NCBI GenBank assembly: GCA_040235475.1
Contig: JBECKY010000092.1
Span: 919 to 64,918, forward strand
Source: Pseudomonadales bacterium
GTDB taxonomy: Bacteria > Pseudomonadota > Gammaproteobacteria > Pseudomonadales > UBA3067
Direction: 5' to 3'
DNA: 64,000 bases
Made by a program: the position numbers and the translations under genes. Below are positions 39,888 to 51,644 of the stretch, one piece after another. The stretch's first letter is position 1; each line of letters starts with the position of its first letter. The notes under the pieces were generated by a model. That model did no database searches, was not told the DNA's origin, and worked only from the letters and a program-made list of their open reading frames with translations.

Positions 39888-41978
39888 CTATCCTTCGTTA
39901 GCTTCTTTCATGCTCAGTTTAACGCGGCCGCGCTGATCCACATCAAGTACTTTGACTTTGACGGTCTGCCCTTCCTTTAAGTAGTCGGAAACGTTTTCTA
40001 CACGCTCATTAGCAATCTGGGATATATGTACCAGGCCATCCATGCCAGGAATAAAGGTCACAAAAGCACCAAAATCAACAATTCTGGCCACAATGCCTTC
40101 ATATATTTTGCCAATTTCAGCTTCCGCTGTAATTTCTTCAACTCGGGCTATGGCGATATCACAGGATTCCTTGCTTTCACCGTAGATTTTAACCAAACCA
40201 TCGTCGTCGATATCAACCGTTGCACCGGAATCTTCACAAATGCTGCGAATGGTTGCTCCGCCTTTACCAATGATGTCACGTATTTTATCGGTATTAACCC
40301 GTAAGGTGGCATAGCTTGGTGCATTTTCAGATACTTCTGTGCGTGAAGTATTTAATACTTTGTTCATCTCGCCAAGAATATGCAAACGGCCTTCTTTGGC
40401 CTGGTTCAAGGCCTGCTCCATTATTTCTTCGGTAATGCCATCAATTTTAATGTCCATCTGCAAAGCAGTAATACCGTCTTGGGTGCCCGCTACTTTAAAG
40501 TCCATGTCACCAAGATGATCTTCATCACCAAGAATGTCAGACAATACCGTAAAACGCTCACCTTCTTTAACCAGGCCCATGGCAATACCCGCCGTAGGTG
40601 CTTTTAAAGGCACACCGGCATCCATCAGCGCCAGGCTAGTGCCACACACACTGGCCATGGATGAAGAACCGTTGGATTCAGTGATTTCAGAAACCACCCG
40701 AATGGTATAAGGAAAATCCTCATCCTTAGGCAATACCGCTTCGACTCCTCGACGAGCCAAACGACCATGCCCAATTTCGCGACGCTTGGGGCCAACCGAC
40801 ATACCTGTTTCACCCACACAATAGGGGGGGAAGTTATAATGCAGCATAAAACCATCGGTTCGAGAACCTTCCAGGGCATCAATCAATTGTGCATCACGGG
40901 CGCTGCCCAGCGTGGCCACCACAAGGGCCTGGGTTTCGCCACGGGTAAACAGTGCAGAACCGTGGGTTTTGGGTAACACACCCACTTCTATTTCAATGGC
41001 GCGCACATCCCCATGGCCGCGGCCATCGATGCGGGATTCACCTGCCAGGATACGGTCACGGACAACGCTCTTTTCAATTGAAGCAAAAGCGTCTTTAACA
41101 GCTTGCGCACCCGGCTGACCTTGATCATCACCCGCCAGTGCTGCCACTGCCGCATCACGCAATTGACCAAGCGCTGCATAACGTGCCATTTTATCGGTGA
41201 CAAGGTAGGCTTCGCCAATACCGGCCTTAAACTGACTGGATACGGCATCTTGCAATGCGCTATCCACTGCTGTTGGTTGCCAATCCCAGGCAGGCGTATT
41301 CACTGCAGCGGCAAATTCTTTAATGGCATTAATCACCACTTGCATTTCCATATGACCAAACAATACGGCGCCCAGCATTTGATCTTCTGAAAGCTCTTTA
41401 GCTTGCGACTCAACCATAAGCACTGCGTGCTCAGTACCCGCTACGACCAAATCAAGCTCAGACGTTTTAAGCTCAGTATAACCGGGGTTCAGTATGTAAG
41501 CGCCCTCAGAAAACCCGACTCTAGCAGCGCCAATTGGGCCATTAAAAGGAACCCCGGCAATGGCTAAGGCTGCTGACGTGCCAATCAAAGCAGGAATATC
41601 GGGATCCATATTCTTATCTGCCGACATCACCGTAGCCATTACCTGTACTTCATTGTTAAAACCTTTAGGGAATAAAGGTCGAATAGGACGATCAATTAAA
41701 CGACAGGTTAAGGTTTCTTTTTCTGAAGGTCGGCCTTCACGCTTAAAAAAACCACCGGGTATACGACCTGCGGCATAGGTTTTTTCTTGATAATTGACTG
41801 TCAAGGGGAAAAAGTCTTGCCCCGGCTTGGCTTCTTTTCTGGCTACGGCTGTGACCAGTAATACTGTATCGCCCATGGAGATTTTTACGGCGCCTGATGC
41901 CTGCCTGGCTATTTTGCCTGTTTCGATAGTAACGGTATGGTTACCGTACTGAAATTCTTTTGTTACTGTATTAAACAT
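39888..41978 (-). CDS. pnp: polyribonucleotide nucleotidyltransferase
   Basis: [37 protein letters not shown] and S1 domains. Confidence 0.98.
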   Translation of the reverse strand: MFNTVTKEFQYGNHTVTIETGKIARQASGAVKISMGDTVLLVTAVARKEAKPGQDFFPLTVNYQEKTYAAGRIPGGFFKREGRPSEKETLTCRLIDRPIRPLFPKGFNNEVQVMATVMSADKNMDPDIPALIGTSAALAIAGVPFNGPIGAARVGFSEGAYILNPGYTELKTSELDLVVAGTEHAVLMVESQAKELSEDQMLGAVLFGHMEMQVVINAIKEFAAAVNTPAWDWQPTAVDSALQDAVSSQFKAGIGEAYLVTDKMARYAALGQLRDAAVAALAGDDQGQPGAQAVKDAFASIEKSVVRDRILAGESRIDGRGHGDVRAIEIEVGVLPKTHGSALFTRGETQALVVATLGSARDAQLIDALEGSRTDGFMLHYNFPPYCVGETGMSVGPKRREIGHGRLARRGVEAVLPKDEDFPYTIRVVSEITESNGSSSMASVCGTSLALMDAGVPLKAPTAGIAMGLVKEGERFTVLSDILGDEDHLGDMDFKVAGTQDGITALQMDIKIDGITEEIMEQALNQAKEGRLHILGEMNKVLNTSRTEVSENAPSYATLRVNTDKIRDIIGKGGATIRSICEDSGATVDIDDDGLVKIYGESKESCDIAIARVEEITAEAEIGKIYEGIVARIVDFGAFVTFIPGMDGLVHISQIANERVENVSDYLKEGQTVKVKVLDVDQRGRVKLSMKEANEG

Positions 41979-42120
41979 TATTTTCTCTCTTTGCTTGCTT
42001 TACTTTTTTGTCATTAACTATTTTATTAGTCCGTTCATTATAGGCTTTCAATCGCTACTGTACACAAAGCCCCGCTGCGACATAAGCTGTATTTGATTGT
42101 TCAAATTGCAAAAACAGACA

Positions 42121-42153
42121 AGCCTGAATACTTCATCTTGAGGCATTCAGGCT
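42121..42153 (-). terminator. hairpin downstream of rpsO
   Basis: AGCCTGAAT...ATTCAGGCT inverted repeat followed by TGTCTGTTTTT on the minus strand. Confidence 0.6.
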
Positions 42154-42210
42154 CCTTAGCTACAGGCTGTACACTATTAAAGATCAGCCGTACTTACCCT
42201 AGACTGAGTC

Positions 42211-42480
42211 TTAACGACGCAGGCCCAGGTCAGCAATCAGTTTGGTATAACGATCCTGATTTTTTCTTTTCAGGTAATCAAGCAGTTTACGGCGCTGGTT
42301 AACCATACGGATCAAGCCACGTCGGGAATGATGATCCTGCTTGTGCTCTTTAAAGTGGTTTTGAAGCTGATTAATATTAGTTGTCAGCAATGCAACCTGC
42401 ACTTCAGGAGAGCCGGTATCGTTTTCTTTCTGTTGATATTGAGTTACTATTTTAGCTTTTTGTTCAGCACTTAATGCCAT
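42211..42480 (-). CDS. rpsO: 30S ribosomal protein S15
   Basis: [29 protein letters not shown]. Confidence 0.98.
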   Translation of the reverse strand: MALSAEQKAKIVTQYQQKENDTGSPEVQVALLTTNINQLQNHFKEHKQDHHSRRGLIRMVNQRRKLLDYLKRKNQDRYTKLIADLGLRR

Positions 42481-42548
42481 GATATTTCTCCAAATATGCT
42501 GTAATATTTAGTCCGTTAAGTAACCATGCATATTTACAGCCACTTAAC
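42481..42548 (-). promoter_or_regulatory. probable S15 autoregulatory leader hairpin
   Basis: GTTAAGT-GGCTG...TGGTT-ACTTAAC stem about 35 nt upstream of the rpsO start, at the position of gammaproteobacterial S15 leaders. Confidence 0.45.
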
Positions 42549-42761
42549 TTGTGTTCTAATGAACCTGGGTTATATTCCCATAACGATTGATTTTAGCTGC
42601 TCTTGGTTTAGGTGCTGCCTATTTCAGGCACGAGCAGCACTTATCTTTGCGTGCCTTGCGGAACAACAAAGCTGCAACACTTAAAACTCAAACCTTATGG
42701 ATATATTCTTTGCTGCTTTCAATAGAGCAAAAATCAGCAATAGCCTATTGAAACAAGGGCG

Positions 42762-43778
42762 CTAGTTTAGCTTAATTAGGCGCCTTGGCGCTAGTCGTCC
42801 ATCCTCTAAAATGGCCCCAATACCGAGAAAGTGCTTATTATCTGTGCCTTTTTCCCATATTTGCACGGCCTGCCCCTCCCAATTAACATCTGAGAGTGGT
42901 TGATTAAAGCCCCTGCCCGAGAGCAGACTCTGATTGCTGTCTACCAAGCGACTGGGGACATCACTTTGAGGGCACTGGACACGCTGGCCCTGCTTTAAAG
43001 AATAAGCTGAATTTTCATCCAAAACTATGCTCGGCCAGTGGCTCACGCTGGCAGACAGCGGTAACAAGAGATTATCGATAGCAGGCAAACCGCCGGTTTC
43101 AAGCAAACTTTCAATGGCTTCCATAGTATGCATCTGACCGGCGAAGAAAGGTCCGGATTGCAAACGCCTTAAAACCGTAACATGTGCACCACAGCCAAGA
43201 ACCTCGCCAATATCTTCTACCAAAGAACGAATATAGGTACCTTTGCTGCAAGCAACCTCAAGCTCAAAATCTTCACCATCAAAAGCCAATAGCTCAAGCT
43301 TGAATATTTGAATTTGCCGGGCAGGCCGGTCCACTTCAATGCCTTCACGGGCGAGCTTGTAAAGTGGCCGCCCCTGGTGCTTAAGCGCAGAATACATTGG
43401 CGGTACCTGCTTAATGCTGCCAAGGAAGCCTGACACTGTATCAAGCAAACGCGCTCGATCAACACCAATGATCGCTCGGGTTTCCAGCACCTCCCCTTCG
43501 GCGTCTCCGGTAATGGTTTTAATGCCTAACTTTGCAGTGACTCTATAGGTTTTGTCAGAGTCGAGCAAAAACTGCGAGAACTTGGTGGCTTCGCCAAAGC
43601 AGATTGGCAGCAGCCCGGTTGCCAAGGGGTCGAGGCTGCCGGTATGGCCCGCCTTATTGGCCTTGAATAAACGCTTTACGGTTTGCAGGGCATGGTTGGA
43701 TGTTTCGCCCTTGGGTTTATCCAGAATAAGCAGTCCATCCAGGGGTCTGCCGAATTGCTTGCGACGTCTACCAGACAA
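42762..43778 (-). CDS. truB: tRNA pseudouridine(55) synthase
   Basis: KAGHTGSLDPLATG, QVPPMYSALK, CSKGTYIRSL. Confidence 0.97.
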   Translation of the reverse strand: MSGRRRKQFGRPLDGLLILDKPKGETSNHALQTVKRLFKANKAGHTGSLDPLATGLLPICFGEATKFSQFLLDSDKTYRVTAKLGIKTITGDAEGEVLETRAIIGVDRARLLDTVSGFLGSIKQVPPMYSALKHQGRPLYKLAREGIEVDRPARQIQIFKLELLAFDGEDFELEVACSKGTYIRSLVEDIGEVLGCGAHVTVLRRLQSGPFFAGQMHTMEAIESLLETGGLPAIDNLLLPLSASVSHWPSIVLDENSAYSLKQGQRVQCPQSDVPSRLVDSNQSLLSGRGFNQPLSDVNWEGQAVQIWEKGTDNKHFLGIGAILEDGRLAPRRLIKLN

Positions 43779-43790
43779 AACACTCTCCGA

Positions 43791-44246
43791 TTATTCCAAA
43801 TCTGAAGGCGGTATTTCACCGGAAAGCTGCTGATCTTCTGCGCGGGCTTTATCAATTAAACTGGAAAGAGTTTGGCCACGCACAATGCTTTCGTCGTAAT
43901 GGAATCTTAACTGCGGAACCACTCTTAATTGCATCGATTGTGAAAGCATCTTCCTTAAAAAGCCAGCAGATTTTTGCAGCACCTTTAACGATTGCTCTAT
44001 CTGCTGACTTGCTTCAGCCTTGCTTGCCTCGGACTCATCATTGGCTGTGCTCTGATCACTGCCCATCACCGTTACATACACATTGGCAACGCCCAGATCC
44101 CGGCTTACCTTTACACCAGACAGGGTTACCAAACCTAAACGAGGGTCTTTAATTTCAAACTGAATTAAACGCGCCAGCTCTTTTTGCAGCTGATCGCTGA
44201 CTCTCTGGTGTCTACCGAATTGCTGATTAGCCACAATAACTGCCAA
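43791..44246 (-). CDS. rbfA: ribosome-binding factor A
   Basis: RVSDQLQKEL, KDPRLG, SRDL, VPQLRFHYDES; GTG 44234 is an alternative start. Confidence 0.96.
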   Translation of the reverse strand: MAVIVANQQFGRHQRVSDQLQKELARLIQFEIKDPRLGLVTLSGVKVSRDLGVANVYVTVMGSDQSTANDESEASKAEASQQIEQSLKVLQKSAGFLRKMLSQSMQLRVVPQLRFHYDESIVRGQTLSSLIDKARAEDQQLSGEIPPSDLE

Positions 44247-44342
44247 CTGTCTGTTATGGAAATGGTTAGAGCCTCTACGAAAGGCAGGGGCTGCTAAGAC
44301 TAAAATAAGAAAGGCGCAAACTTGTAAATTCCAGCTTACAAA

Positions 44343-47063
44343 TTACAAGCTTCTGGCAATTTCGTTAACGTTAAAGATTTCGATTTTATCGCCAACCTTA
44401 ATGTCGTGATAGTTTTTCACGGCAATACCACATTCAGTGCCGTTTCTGACTTCCTGTACATCGTCTTTAAAACGTCTTAATGATTCCAACTCGCCTGAAA
44501 AGACAACAATATCGTCGCGCAATACTCGAATAGGGCGATTGCGATAGAGGGTGCCCTCTAAAACCATACAGCCCGCCGCCGCACCAAACTTTGAAGACCG
44601 GTAGACTTCGCGCACTTCTGCCACACCGAGTATTTCTTCACGCAGTTCAGGAGACAACATGCCAGACATGGCTGCTTTAATATCTTCAATCAGTTCATAG
44701 ATAATGCTGTAGTAACGGATTTCAAGACTTTCTTTCTGACAGAGTTCCCGCGCCGCATTATCAGCACGAACATTAAAACCGACAATAACCGCACCAGAGG
44801 TCATCGCCAAATTAATATCGGATTCATTAATACCACCGACACCGGAAGACACAATATCGACCTTTACTTCATCCGTGGATAGCTCATTCAAAGCAGATGT
44901 TATTGCTTCTAAAGAACCCCGCACATCAGCTTTTAAGACCAGGTTGACCTTGGACAATTCAGCAGCCCCCATATCGGCAAATAAATTATCCAGTTTGGTA
45001 GCGTGCTGCCGGGCAAAGCGGGTACGACGCTCGCGCACTCTTCGGAAATTGGCAACTTCTTTAGCCTTGCGTTCATTAGCAACCACCAAGAATTCATCAC
45101 CAGCATCCGGAGTGCCCGCCAAGCCTAGAATTTCAACAGGGATCGACGGCCCTGCTACTTCAATCGGACGACCATTCTCATCCATCATAGCGCGCACCCG
45201 ACCATAAAACTCACCGGCCAAAACCATGTCGCCAACTTTTAATTTTCCGGACTGCACCAGCAAGCTGGCGACGGCACCACGATTTTTATCCAAACGCGCT
45301 TCAATAACGACGCCCTGGGCATCGCCTTCCGGTGCAGCTTTTAGCTCCAGCAATTCTGCCTGCAGCAGTATTGCTTCAAGCAAAGCATCAATACCCTGAC
45401 CCGTATGTGCTGAGACTTCTATAAATTGATGATCACCACCCCACTCTTCAGGGATAATTTCTTTTTGCGATAATTCACTTTTCACTCGATCAGGGTCGGC
45501 GCCTTCTTTATCCATTTTGTTAATGGCAATAATCAGCGGCACTCCAGCAGCGCGAGCATGATCAATGGCTTCTTCGGTCTGCGGCATCATGCCATCATCG
45601 GCAGCAACTACAATAATCGCGATATCAGTACTATTTGCACCTCTAGCTCGCATTGCAGTAAAAGCCGCGTGACCAGGCGTATCAAGGAACGTGATCATGC
45701 CTTTATCAGTATCGACATGATAAGCGCCAATATGCTGGGTAATGCCGCCGGCTTCACCCTCAGCCACCTGGCTTTTTCGGATATAGTCGAGCAAGGAGGT
45801 TTTACCGTGGTCAACATGGCCCATAATAGTCACCACAGGGGCGCGATCCACCTGACCGCCAACCTGCTTAAGACCTTCGGTCAATTCATCTTCCACCGCA
45901 TTTTCGTTAATCAATGTGTATTTATGGCCCATTTCCTCTACAACAAGAACCGCAGTATCGCGATCAATTTCCTGGTTCAAGCCGGTCATCACGCCCATGC
46001 CCATTAGAACCCGAACCACCTCAACACCTTTAACTTTCATCTGCTGGGCCAAGTCGGTTACAGCAATCATTTCACCAATAGCCACAGTATGGGTAACTGG
46101 CTCCACCGGCATTTCAAAAGCATGCTGCGATTTTAAACGTTTTAATTTTCGCGCCTGACGCTTGGTGGCAGATTCTTTCTTGATGCTCTTATCTTCCCGC
46201 ATCAGACTTTCTTCAAAAGCACTTTTAACGATGTTGGATCCCAGCTCAAGGTCATCTTCGTCAGAACCGGCTTCTTCAGCAACAGCAACACCGCGTTTTT
46301 CCAAATCCTGCGCAATGGCTTTAGCTCGCGCCAAAGTTTCCAAGCGGGCTTTTTCTTCAGCTTCTTTTCGAGCCAGGCTTTCCAGCTTGGTTCGTTCCTG
46401 TTCTGCAGCCTGACGCTCAGCAGACTCCTTACTCTTCGCCTTACCCTCTTTTGCCTTTTTCGCTTTTTCTGCCGAGGTTAATCCGGTTTTCTGGGCTGTA
46501 GTGCGCTTACGGGCCAGCTCCTGTTTCCGCTGCTCTTCTTTTTCGGCTGCGCGTTTTGCTTCTGCTGCTTTTCGTAACGCTTCTTCTTTTTGCTTGGTAG
46601 CATCATCCAAAGCCTTCTTGGTCTCTTTGGCTTTTAGCTTCTGCTCTTCGGCAGCTTGCTGATCATCGGTGGCACTCTGAACAATCGGAGCTGCACTGGC
46701 AGCGCTTTCTTCCTGGTCGTCCTCAAATTCGGCGCGTTTTACATAAGTGCGTTTCTTTCGCACCTCAACATTAACTGTTTTGCCACGGGCACCCTGAGAC
46801 CCGGCCACTTTAATTTTACTGACACTTTTTCTTTTTAAGGTAATTTTCTTCTGCTCACCAGCTGTCTCACCATGAGACTGCTTAAGAAATGCCAATAACT
46901 TTTGTTTTTCATCATCACTGACAGCCGCCTCAGCAGCAGAGTGCGACAACCCAGCCTTTTGCATTTGTTGTAGCAACTTTTCCACGGGAATACCCACAAC
47001 ATTAGCCAGTTGGGTAACTGTCACTTCTGCTGTTGTTGTTGTGCTTGCATCTTTCACGCTCAC
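44343..47063 (-). CDS. infB: translation initiation factor IF-2
   Basis: [40 protein letters not shown]. Confidence 0.98.
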   Translation of the reverse strand: MSVKDASTTTTAEVTVTQLANVVGIPVEKLLQQMQKAGLSHSAAEAAVSDDEKQKLLAFLKQSHGETAGEQKKITLKRKSVSKIKVAGSQGARGKTVNVEVRKKRTYVKRAEFEDDQEESAASAAPIVQSATDDQQAAEEQKLKAKETKKALDDATKQKEEALRKAAEAKRAAEKEEQRKQELARKRTTAQKTGLTSAEKAKKAKEGKAKSKESAERQAAEQERTKLESLARKEAEEKARLETLARAKAIAQDLEKRGVAVAEEAGSDEDDLELGSNIVKSAFEESLMREDKSIKKESATKRQARKLKRLKSQHAFEMPVEPVTHTVAIGEMIAVTDLAQQMKVKGVEVVRVLMGMGVMTGLNQEIDRDTAVLVVEEMGHKYTLINENAVEDELTEGLKQVGGQVDRAPVVTIMGHVDHGKTSLLDYIRKSQVAEGEAGGITQHIGAYHVDTDKGMITFLDTPGHAAFTAMRARGANSTDIAIIVVAADDGMMPQTEEAIDHARAAGVPLIIAINKMDKEGADPDRVKSELSQKEIIPEEWGGDHQFIEVSAHTGQGIDALLEAILLQAELLELKAAPEGDAQGVVIEARLDKNRGAVASLLVQSGKLKVGDMVLAGEFYGRVRAMMDENGRPIEVAGPSIPVEILGLAGTPDAGDEFLVVANERKAKEVANFRRVRERRTRFARQHATKLDNLFADMGAAELSKVNLVLKADVRGSLEAITSALNELSTDEVKVDIVSSGVGGINESDINLAMTSGAVIVGFNVRADNAARELCQKESLEIRYYSIIYELIEDIKAAMSGMLSPELREEILGVAEVREVYRSSKFGAAAGCMVLEGTLYRNRPIRVLRDDIVVFSGELESLRRFKDDVQEVRNGTECGIAVKNYHDIKVGDKIEIFNVNEIARSL

Positions 47064-47144
47064 GCTTTATACCCGCCTTATTTTTTCTTACTTAAATCTT
47101 CATCAACCAAAACCGCTTATGAAGCTTGGTGTTATTAAGCTTCT

Positions 47145-48635
47145 TCAGCTCTCTTCAAACCAGGGAGCCCTGGCAGCCATAATCAAGTCAGCTGCTTTTT
47201 GTTCATCAAGACCTTCTATATCCAGCAGCTCATCAACCGACTGCTCGGCCAGATCTTCCTGAGTAACAATGCCTTTACTGGCCAAAATAAAAGCCAAATG
47301 GCGATCCATGCCGTCAAGATTTAACAGGTCTTCAGCAGGTTCAACTTGACTGAGCTGCTCTTCTGAAACCAGGGCTTTAGTCAGCAGCACGTCTTTTGCA
47401 CGCCGCCGTAATTCATTGACAATGTCTTCATCAAACTCTTCAATCTCAAGCATTTCATCAAGAGGCACATAAGCAACCTCTTCAACGGTGGTAAAACCTT
47501 CGTCCACCAAAATCTCCGCCACATCTTGATCAACGTCAAGGTCGGTAACAAAATTCTGCACGTACTTTTGACTTTCTTCTTCTTCCTTGTTGCTGGCCTC
47601 GGCTTCCGACATAACATTCAGCGTCCAGCCCGTTAATGCGCTGGCCAACCTGATATTTTGGCCATTACGGCCAATTGCTGGAGCCAATTGATCTTCACTG
47701 ACAGCAATCTGCATGGTCTCGGTTTCTTCATCGATAACAATGGAGGCAACTTCAGCGGGAGACATGGCGTTAATAACAAATTGCGCAGGATTCTCATCCC
47801 AAAGCACAATATCAACCCTTTCACCACCCAGCTCAGAAGAAACTGCCTGCACTCTGCCTCCGCGCATACCCACACAAGCACCAACCGGATCGATACGGCC
47901 GTCATTGGTTTTAACGGCTATTTTAGCCCGAGAACCAGGGTCACGTGCGGCTCGTCGAATTTCAATAACCTCTTCAGCAACCTCCGGCACTTCAATTTTA
48001 AACAGCTCAATCAACATTTCAGGGCAGGTACGACTAACGATCAACTGGGGACCACGGACTTCACTACGCACCTCTGTTAGCACACCGCGCAGACGATCAC
48101 CAACTCGGGCAATTTCCCGCGGGATCATGCTGTCTCTTTCAATCAAGGCCTCGGCATTATTGCCCAGATCCAAAATAATGCTTTCTCGGGTCACCCTTTT
48201 AACCGTACCATTGACTAATTCGCCAATGCGGCTCTGGAACATCTCCGCAACCTGGGCACGCTCAGCTTCCCGTACTTTTTGCACAATAACCTGCTTAGCC
48301 GTCTGTGCAGCAATACGACCAAACTCTATCGAGGCTGCTGGTTCTTCCCAAATATCGCCCACTTGAAGCTCAGCATCTTTTTGCTGAGCTTGCGCCAATG
48401 TCATTTCGCTAGCTGGGAGCTCAATATCATCTTCAGTTTCAACAACAGTAAACTGGCGAAATGTTTCATAGTCGCCCGTAGCCCTATCAATACTGACCCG
48501 AAACTCAGCATCATCTGCATGCAATTTTTTGGTAGCCGTCGCCAGCGCGACTTCTATGGCTTCAAAAATCACATTTTTTGTTACGCCCTTTTCATGGGAA
48601 ACGGCATCGACAACGGCCAGTATTTCTTTACTCAT
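47145..48635 (-). CDS. nusA: transcription termination/antitermination factor NusA
   Basis: [41 protein letters not shown]. Confidence 0.98.
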   Translation of the reverse strand: MSKEILAVVDAVSHEKGVTKNVIFEAIEVALATATKKLHADDAEFRVSIDRATGDYETFRQFTVVETEDDIELPASEMTLAQAQQKDAELQVGDIWEEPAASIEFGRIAAQTAKQVIVQKVREAERAQVAEMFQSRIGELVNGTVKRVTRESIILDLGNNAEALIERDSMIPREIARVGDRLRGVLTEVRSEVRGPQLIVSRTCPEMLIELFKIEVPEVAEEVIEIRRAARDPGSRAKIAVKTNDGRIDPVGACVGMRGGRVQAVSSELGGERVDIVLWDENPAQFVINAMSPAEVASIVIDEETETMQIAVSEDQLAPAIGRNGQNIRLASALTGWTLNVMSEAEASNKEEEESQKYVQNFVTDLDVDQDVAEILVDEGFTTVEEVAYVPLDEMLEIEEFDEDIVNELRRRAKDVLLTKALVSEEQLSQVEPAEDLLNLDGMDRHLAFILASKGIVTQEDLAEQSVDELLDIEGLDEQKAADLIMAARAPWFEES

Positions 48636-48665
48636 CTGTATATCTCATTTTGATATATAACATAA

Positions 48666-49124
48666 CTAAGGGATTTCAATTTTGGCTTTGATGATATTGC
48701 TATAATCAAGCTCGTAAACCCGGCCTTCAACCTCAACTTCTACAATGCCGTTTTTAATGCCTGTTAAAATTCCTGCAAATTTTCTTCTATTATTTTCCGC
48801 CACTGCTAAACGAATATGAACCTTATAACCAATATAGTTTTCATATTGAGGCAAATAGAACAGTTGCCGATCCAAACCTGGGGAAGATAATTCCAGAGTA
48901 TATTCCCCCTGTATTGGATCTTCTACATCTAAAATACCACTAATCTGGTGACTCACCTTGGCACAATCATCGACAGTAATGCCCTTATCTGAATCGATGA
49001 AAATCCTCAACACAGAATCCTTACCTTGAGAGAGGTACTCAATCCCCCAAAGCTCATAACCCAGGGCCGCGACAGTCGGACCCAGTAAATCACTTATTTT
49101 TTCAACTTGCTTAGTAACTGCCAT
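48666..49124 (-). CDS. rimP: ribosome maturation factor RimP
   Basis: LRIFID, VDDCAKVS, YTLELSSPGLDR. Confidence 0.96.
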   Translation of the reverse strand: MAVTKQVEKISDLLGPTVAALGYELWGIEYLSQGKDSVLRIFIDSDKGITVDDCAKVSHQISGILDVEDPIQGEYTLELSSPGLDRQLFYLPQYENYIGYKVHIRLAVAENNRRKFAGILTGIKNGIVEVEVEGRVYELDYSNIIKAKIEIP

Positions 49125-49148
49125 TAGCCACTTTCAATTCACACAAAC

Positions 49149-49170
49149 AAAAAATGGGCACCATGGCCCA
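49149..49170 (-). terminator. rimP leader terminator/attenuator (proximal)
   Basis: TGGGC-CATGGT-GCCCA-TTTTTT on the minus strand. Confidence 0.7.
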
Positions 49171-49217
49171 CTGTCTTTGACCGACGAACCAGCACTTGCG
49201 GAAATTCATCAGCTAAT

Positions 49218-49238
49218 AAAAAGCCCCTAAAAAGGGGC
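49218..49238 (-). terminator. rimP leader terminator/attenuator (distal)
   Basis: GCCCCT-TTTT-AGGGGC-TTTTT on the minus strand. Confidence 0.7.
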
Positions 49239-49395
49239 CTTAAAACTAAGTTGCCAGCGGTAACAGCACCGGCTTATACCTACTTACACTGGCTAAACCG
49301 TGAACATAAACACCCACTTGTATAAAGATGCCCATGCCTAACTCTGCGTAAACCCTATTCAAACCAAAACCAAGGAGAGCCAAGCTGCTATTTTA

Positions 49396-49433
49396 GACCG
49401 CGAATTATAGCACCCTATCTCAATGCTCTTCAA
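49396..49433 (-). promoter_or_regulatory. candidate sigma70 promoter for rimP-nusA-infB
   Basis: TTGAAG-N18-TATAAT with TG-extended -10 and GC-rich discriminator TCGCGGTC. Confidence 0.5.
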
Positions 49434-49796
49434 TGGCAAGCCATAAAAAAGCATGGAAAATACTATAATGCGCATGTTCATGGCTCGCCCCCAGTTTTCA
49501 TTCTCCGTTGCTACGATCAAACAGTATAATACCAGCCTATTCACTGCCGATAACAAGCCGTTTGCCAAAAGTTTAGGCCGTTGAGCGTTTGTCAGTGCCG
49601 ACTATCAATAGCTTGGAATCCACTCACAATTGCCGATGGCCTTGCTGTTTGGATCCCTCTTGTCGCTTCCGGAGCAGCGCAATCAGCATCTGCCCTTGGT
49701 TTAACGCCCCCGCTTTACCAAGGCTAAAAGGAGGATGGCATACAATCCTGCAGCGGATGCTTATTATCGGGCTTTAACGCCGCCTTTATAGAGAAC

Positions 49797-50237
49797 TTAT
49801 TTTTCATGATCTTTGCTAAGCAGGAATGTCTTAGAAGGATCAACCAACACTCTTTCCCCCATACCTTGCCGCCCCAACAACATTAAATAACTCATATCGG
49901 ATCGATTGGTCAGGGTAATTTCAATCGGCCATGACCGCGCACCAAGGCTCATTAATGTTTTAATAACATACCTTTCTTCGACAACCCCATTGGAGGACTT
50001 TATGCTCCGCACATCGTGCAACGCTGATTCACAGGCAGTTACTTTTTCTATGTTATAGACATCTGGATGGATATCAAAACGTACCCAGGGTTTGCCTTTT
50101 TTAGTAAATTTTTTCAAATTATCCACGTGAAGCGATGATGTTTTGGCTCCAGTGTCAACTCGAATCTGCAAATCACTAATGCCGATCTCTGGGAGATCGC
50201 AAACTTCTATGCTGCCAAGAATTAATTTATTTTTCAT
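49797..50237 (-). CDS. RimK-associated retropepsin-like protease (RimB-like)
   Basis: RVDTGAKTSSLH, IKSSNG..EERYVI, MLLGR. Confidence 0.88.
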   Translation of the reverse strand: MKNKLILGSIEVCDLPEIGISDLQIRVDTGAKTSSLHVDNLKKFTKKGKPWVRFDIHPDVYNIEKVTACESALHDVRSIKSSNGVVEERYVIKTLMSLGARSWPIEITLTNRSDMSYLMLLGRQGMGERVLVDPSKTFLLSKDHEK

Positions 50238-50410
50238 TACTATTTAATCCACATGGCCGCGCAAAAGGGATTGATGCTGATTTTTTAACCCCTGCGCACC
50301 AGGCACTGAATTCCATTGCTCATTCACTTTCAAGCAACTGTATCGGTATAGAGACCAACTACTTTACCTGAGAATACAGCATGCACGCCAATAACAAGTT
50401 CATCCACAGC

Positions 50411-51316
50411 TCAGCCCTTACCGCGTGTTTTAGTTTTATTCGGCCTGGCATTAAGTTCAAGGAACTCGTAAATCTTTTGGGCAACATCTTTGCCTGTTGC
50501 AGTTTCGATGCCTTCTAAACCTGGTGAAGAATTAACTTCCATCACTACAGGCCCATTCTTAGATTGTAAAATATCGACGCCACAGAGGTTTAAGCCAATT
50601 GCCTTGGCGGCGTTTACGGCGGTCATTCGCTCTTCTCTCGATAAGCTCACCAAAGTGGCAGATCCACCTCGATGTAAATTAGACCTGAATTCGCCCTCAG
50701 CACCTTGGCGCTTCATTGCGGCAACGACTTTGCCTCCAACTATGAAACAACGAATGTCTGCGCCACCAGCTTCCTTAATAAACTCCTGTACAAGAATATT
50801 CGCTTTTAGATCCATAAAGGCTTCAATAATGGCCTCAGCAGTTTTATTGGTGTCAGCCAGTACAACGCCTATGCCCTGGGTTCCTTCAAGCAGTTTAATG
50901 ACTAACGGTGCGCCTCCGACATTTTTAATCAGATCCTTAATATCATCGGGCTTGTTCGCAAAGCCAGTACGGGGCAAACCTATATCTTTACGGGACAATA
51001 ATTGCAAGGAACGTAACTTGTCCCTTGATCGACTAATCGCTACAGACTCGTTAATACAAAAAGTTCCCATCATCTCAAATTGACGGACGACTGCTGCGCC
51101 ATAGAATGTCACTGACGCCCCAATTCGCGGAATAACCGCATCATAGGCAGGTAGATTGTCACCTTTATAACGAACCGATGGGCGGCTTCGTGTTACATCC
51201 ATGTAACAATGAAGCGTATCAATAATATCAACTTCATGACCGCGTGCTTCGCCTGCTTCTTTTAAGCGGCGGGTGGAATATAATTGCGCATTACGCGATA
51301 AGACAGCTATTTTCAT
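50411..51316 (-). CDS. rimK: ribosomal protein S6--L-glutamate ligase
   Basis: [47 protein letters not shown]. Confidence 0.96.
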   Translation of the reverse strand: MKIAVLSRNAQLYSTRRLKEAGEARGHEVDIIDTLHCYMDVTRSRPSVRYKGDNLPAYDAVIPRIGASVTFYGAAVVRQFEMMGTFCINESVAISRSRDKLRSLQLLSRKDIGLPRTGFANKPDDIKDLIKNVGGAPLVIKLLEGTQGIGVVLADTNKTAEAIIEAFMDLKANILVQEFIKEAGGADIRCFIVGGKVVAAMKRQGAEGEFRSNLHRGGSATLVSLSREERMTAVNAAKAIGLNLCGVDILQSKNGPVVMEVNSSPGLEGIETATGKDVAQKIYEFLELNARPNKTKTRGKG

Positions 51317-51644
51317 GCAAAGGGATCTCTATTGAATAAACGTGGTATTAAACATGAAATAATACATTGTTAATACATATCTATAACTTAAGCACTGGCC
51401 AAGTGCTCACTAAGCACATCAATAACAATTCAGCAGCGTTTTTAAGTGCACTCTCTGGAAATTCGGCTTGTGCTTTATAAAAAATCCGTTAAATCAAGAG
51501 ACCGTGCTCTTGATAATGTAACGTATTATAATCTTTTCGCTACTCTTAATCGTGTTGTGTGTGTCAATTATTGCTCCGCTACCCCTGACAGGGAACTTTA
51601 GCGGGGGTTTGCGCAAATAAAAACCGTATTTTTCTACAGCCTCG

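Noticed and set aside
49239-49400. tRNA-Met expected upstream of rimP
   Set aside because: No TTCRA T-loop, acceptor stem or CCA end was found on either strand by inspection.
49359-49777. ORF-track ORFs 49359-49568 (-) and 49589-49777 (+)
   Set aside because: TTG starts, no clear RBS and no recognisable motifs; they overlap a promoter and a structured element.
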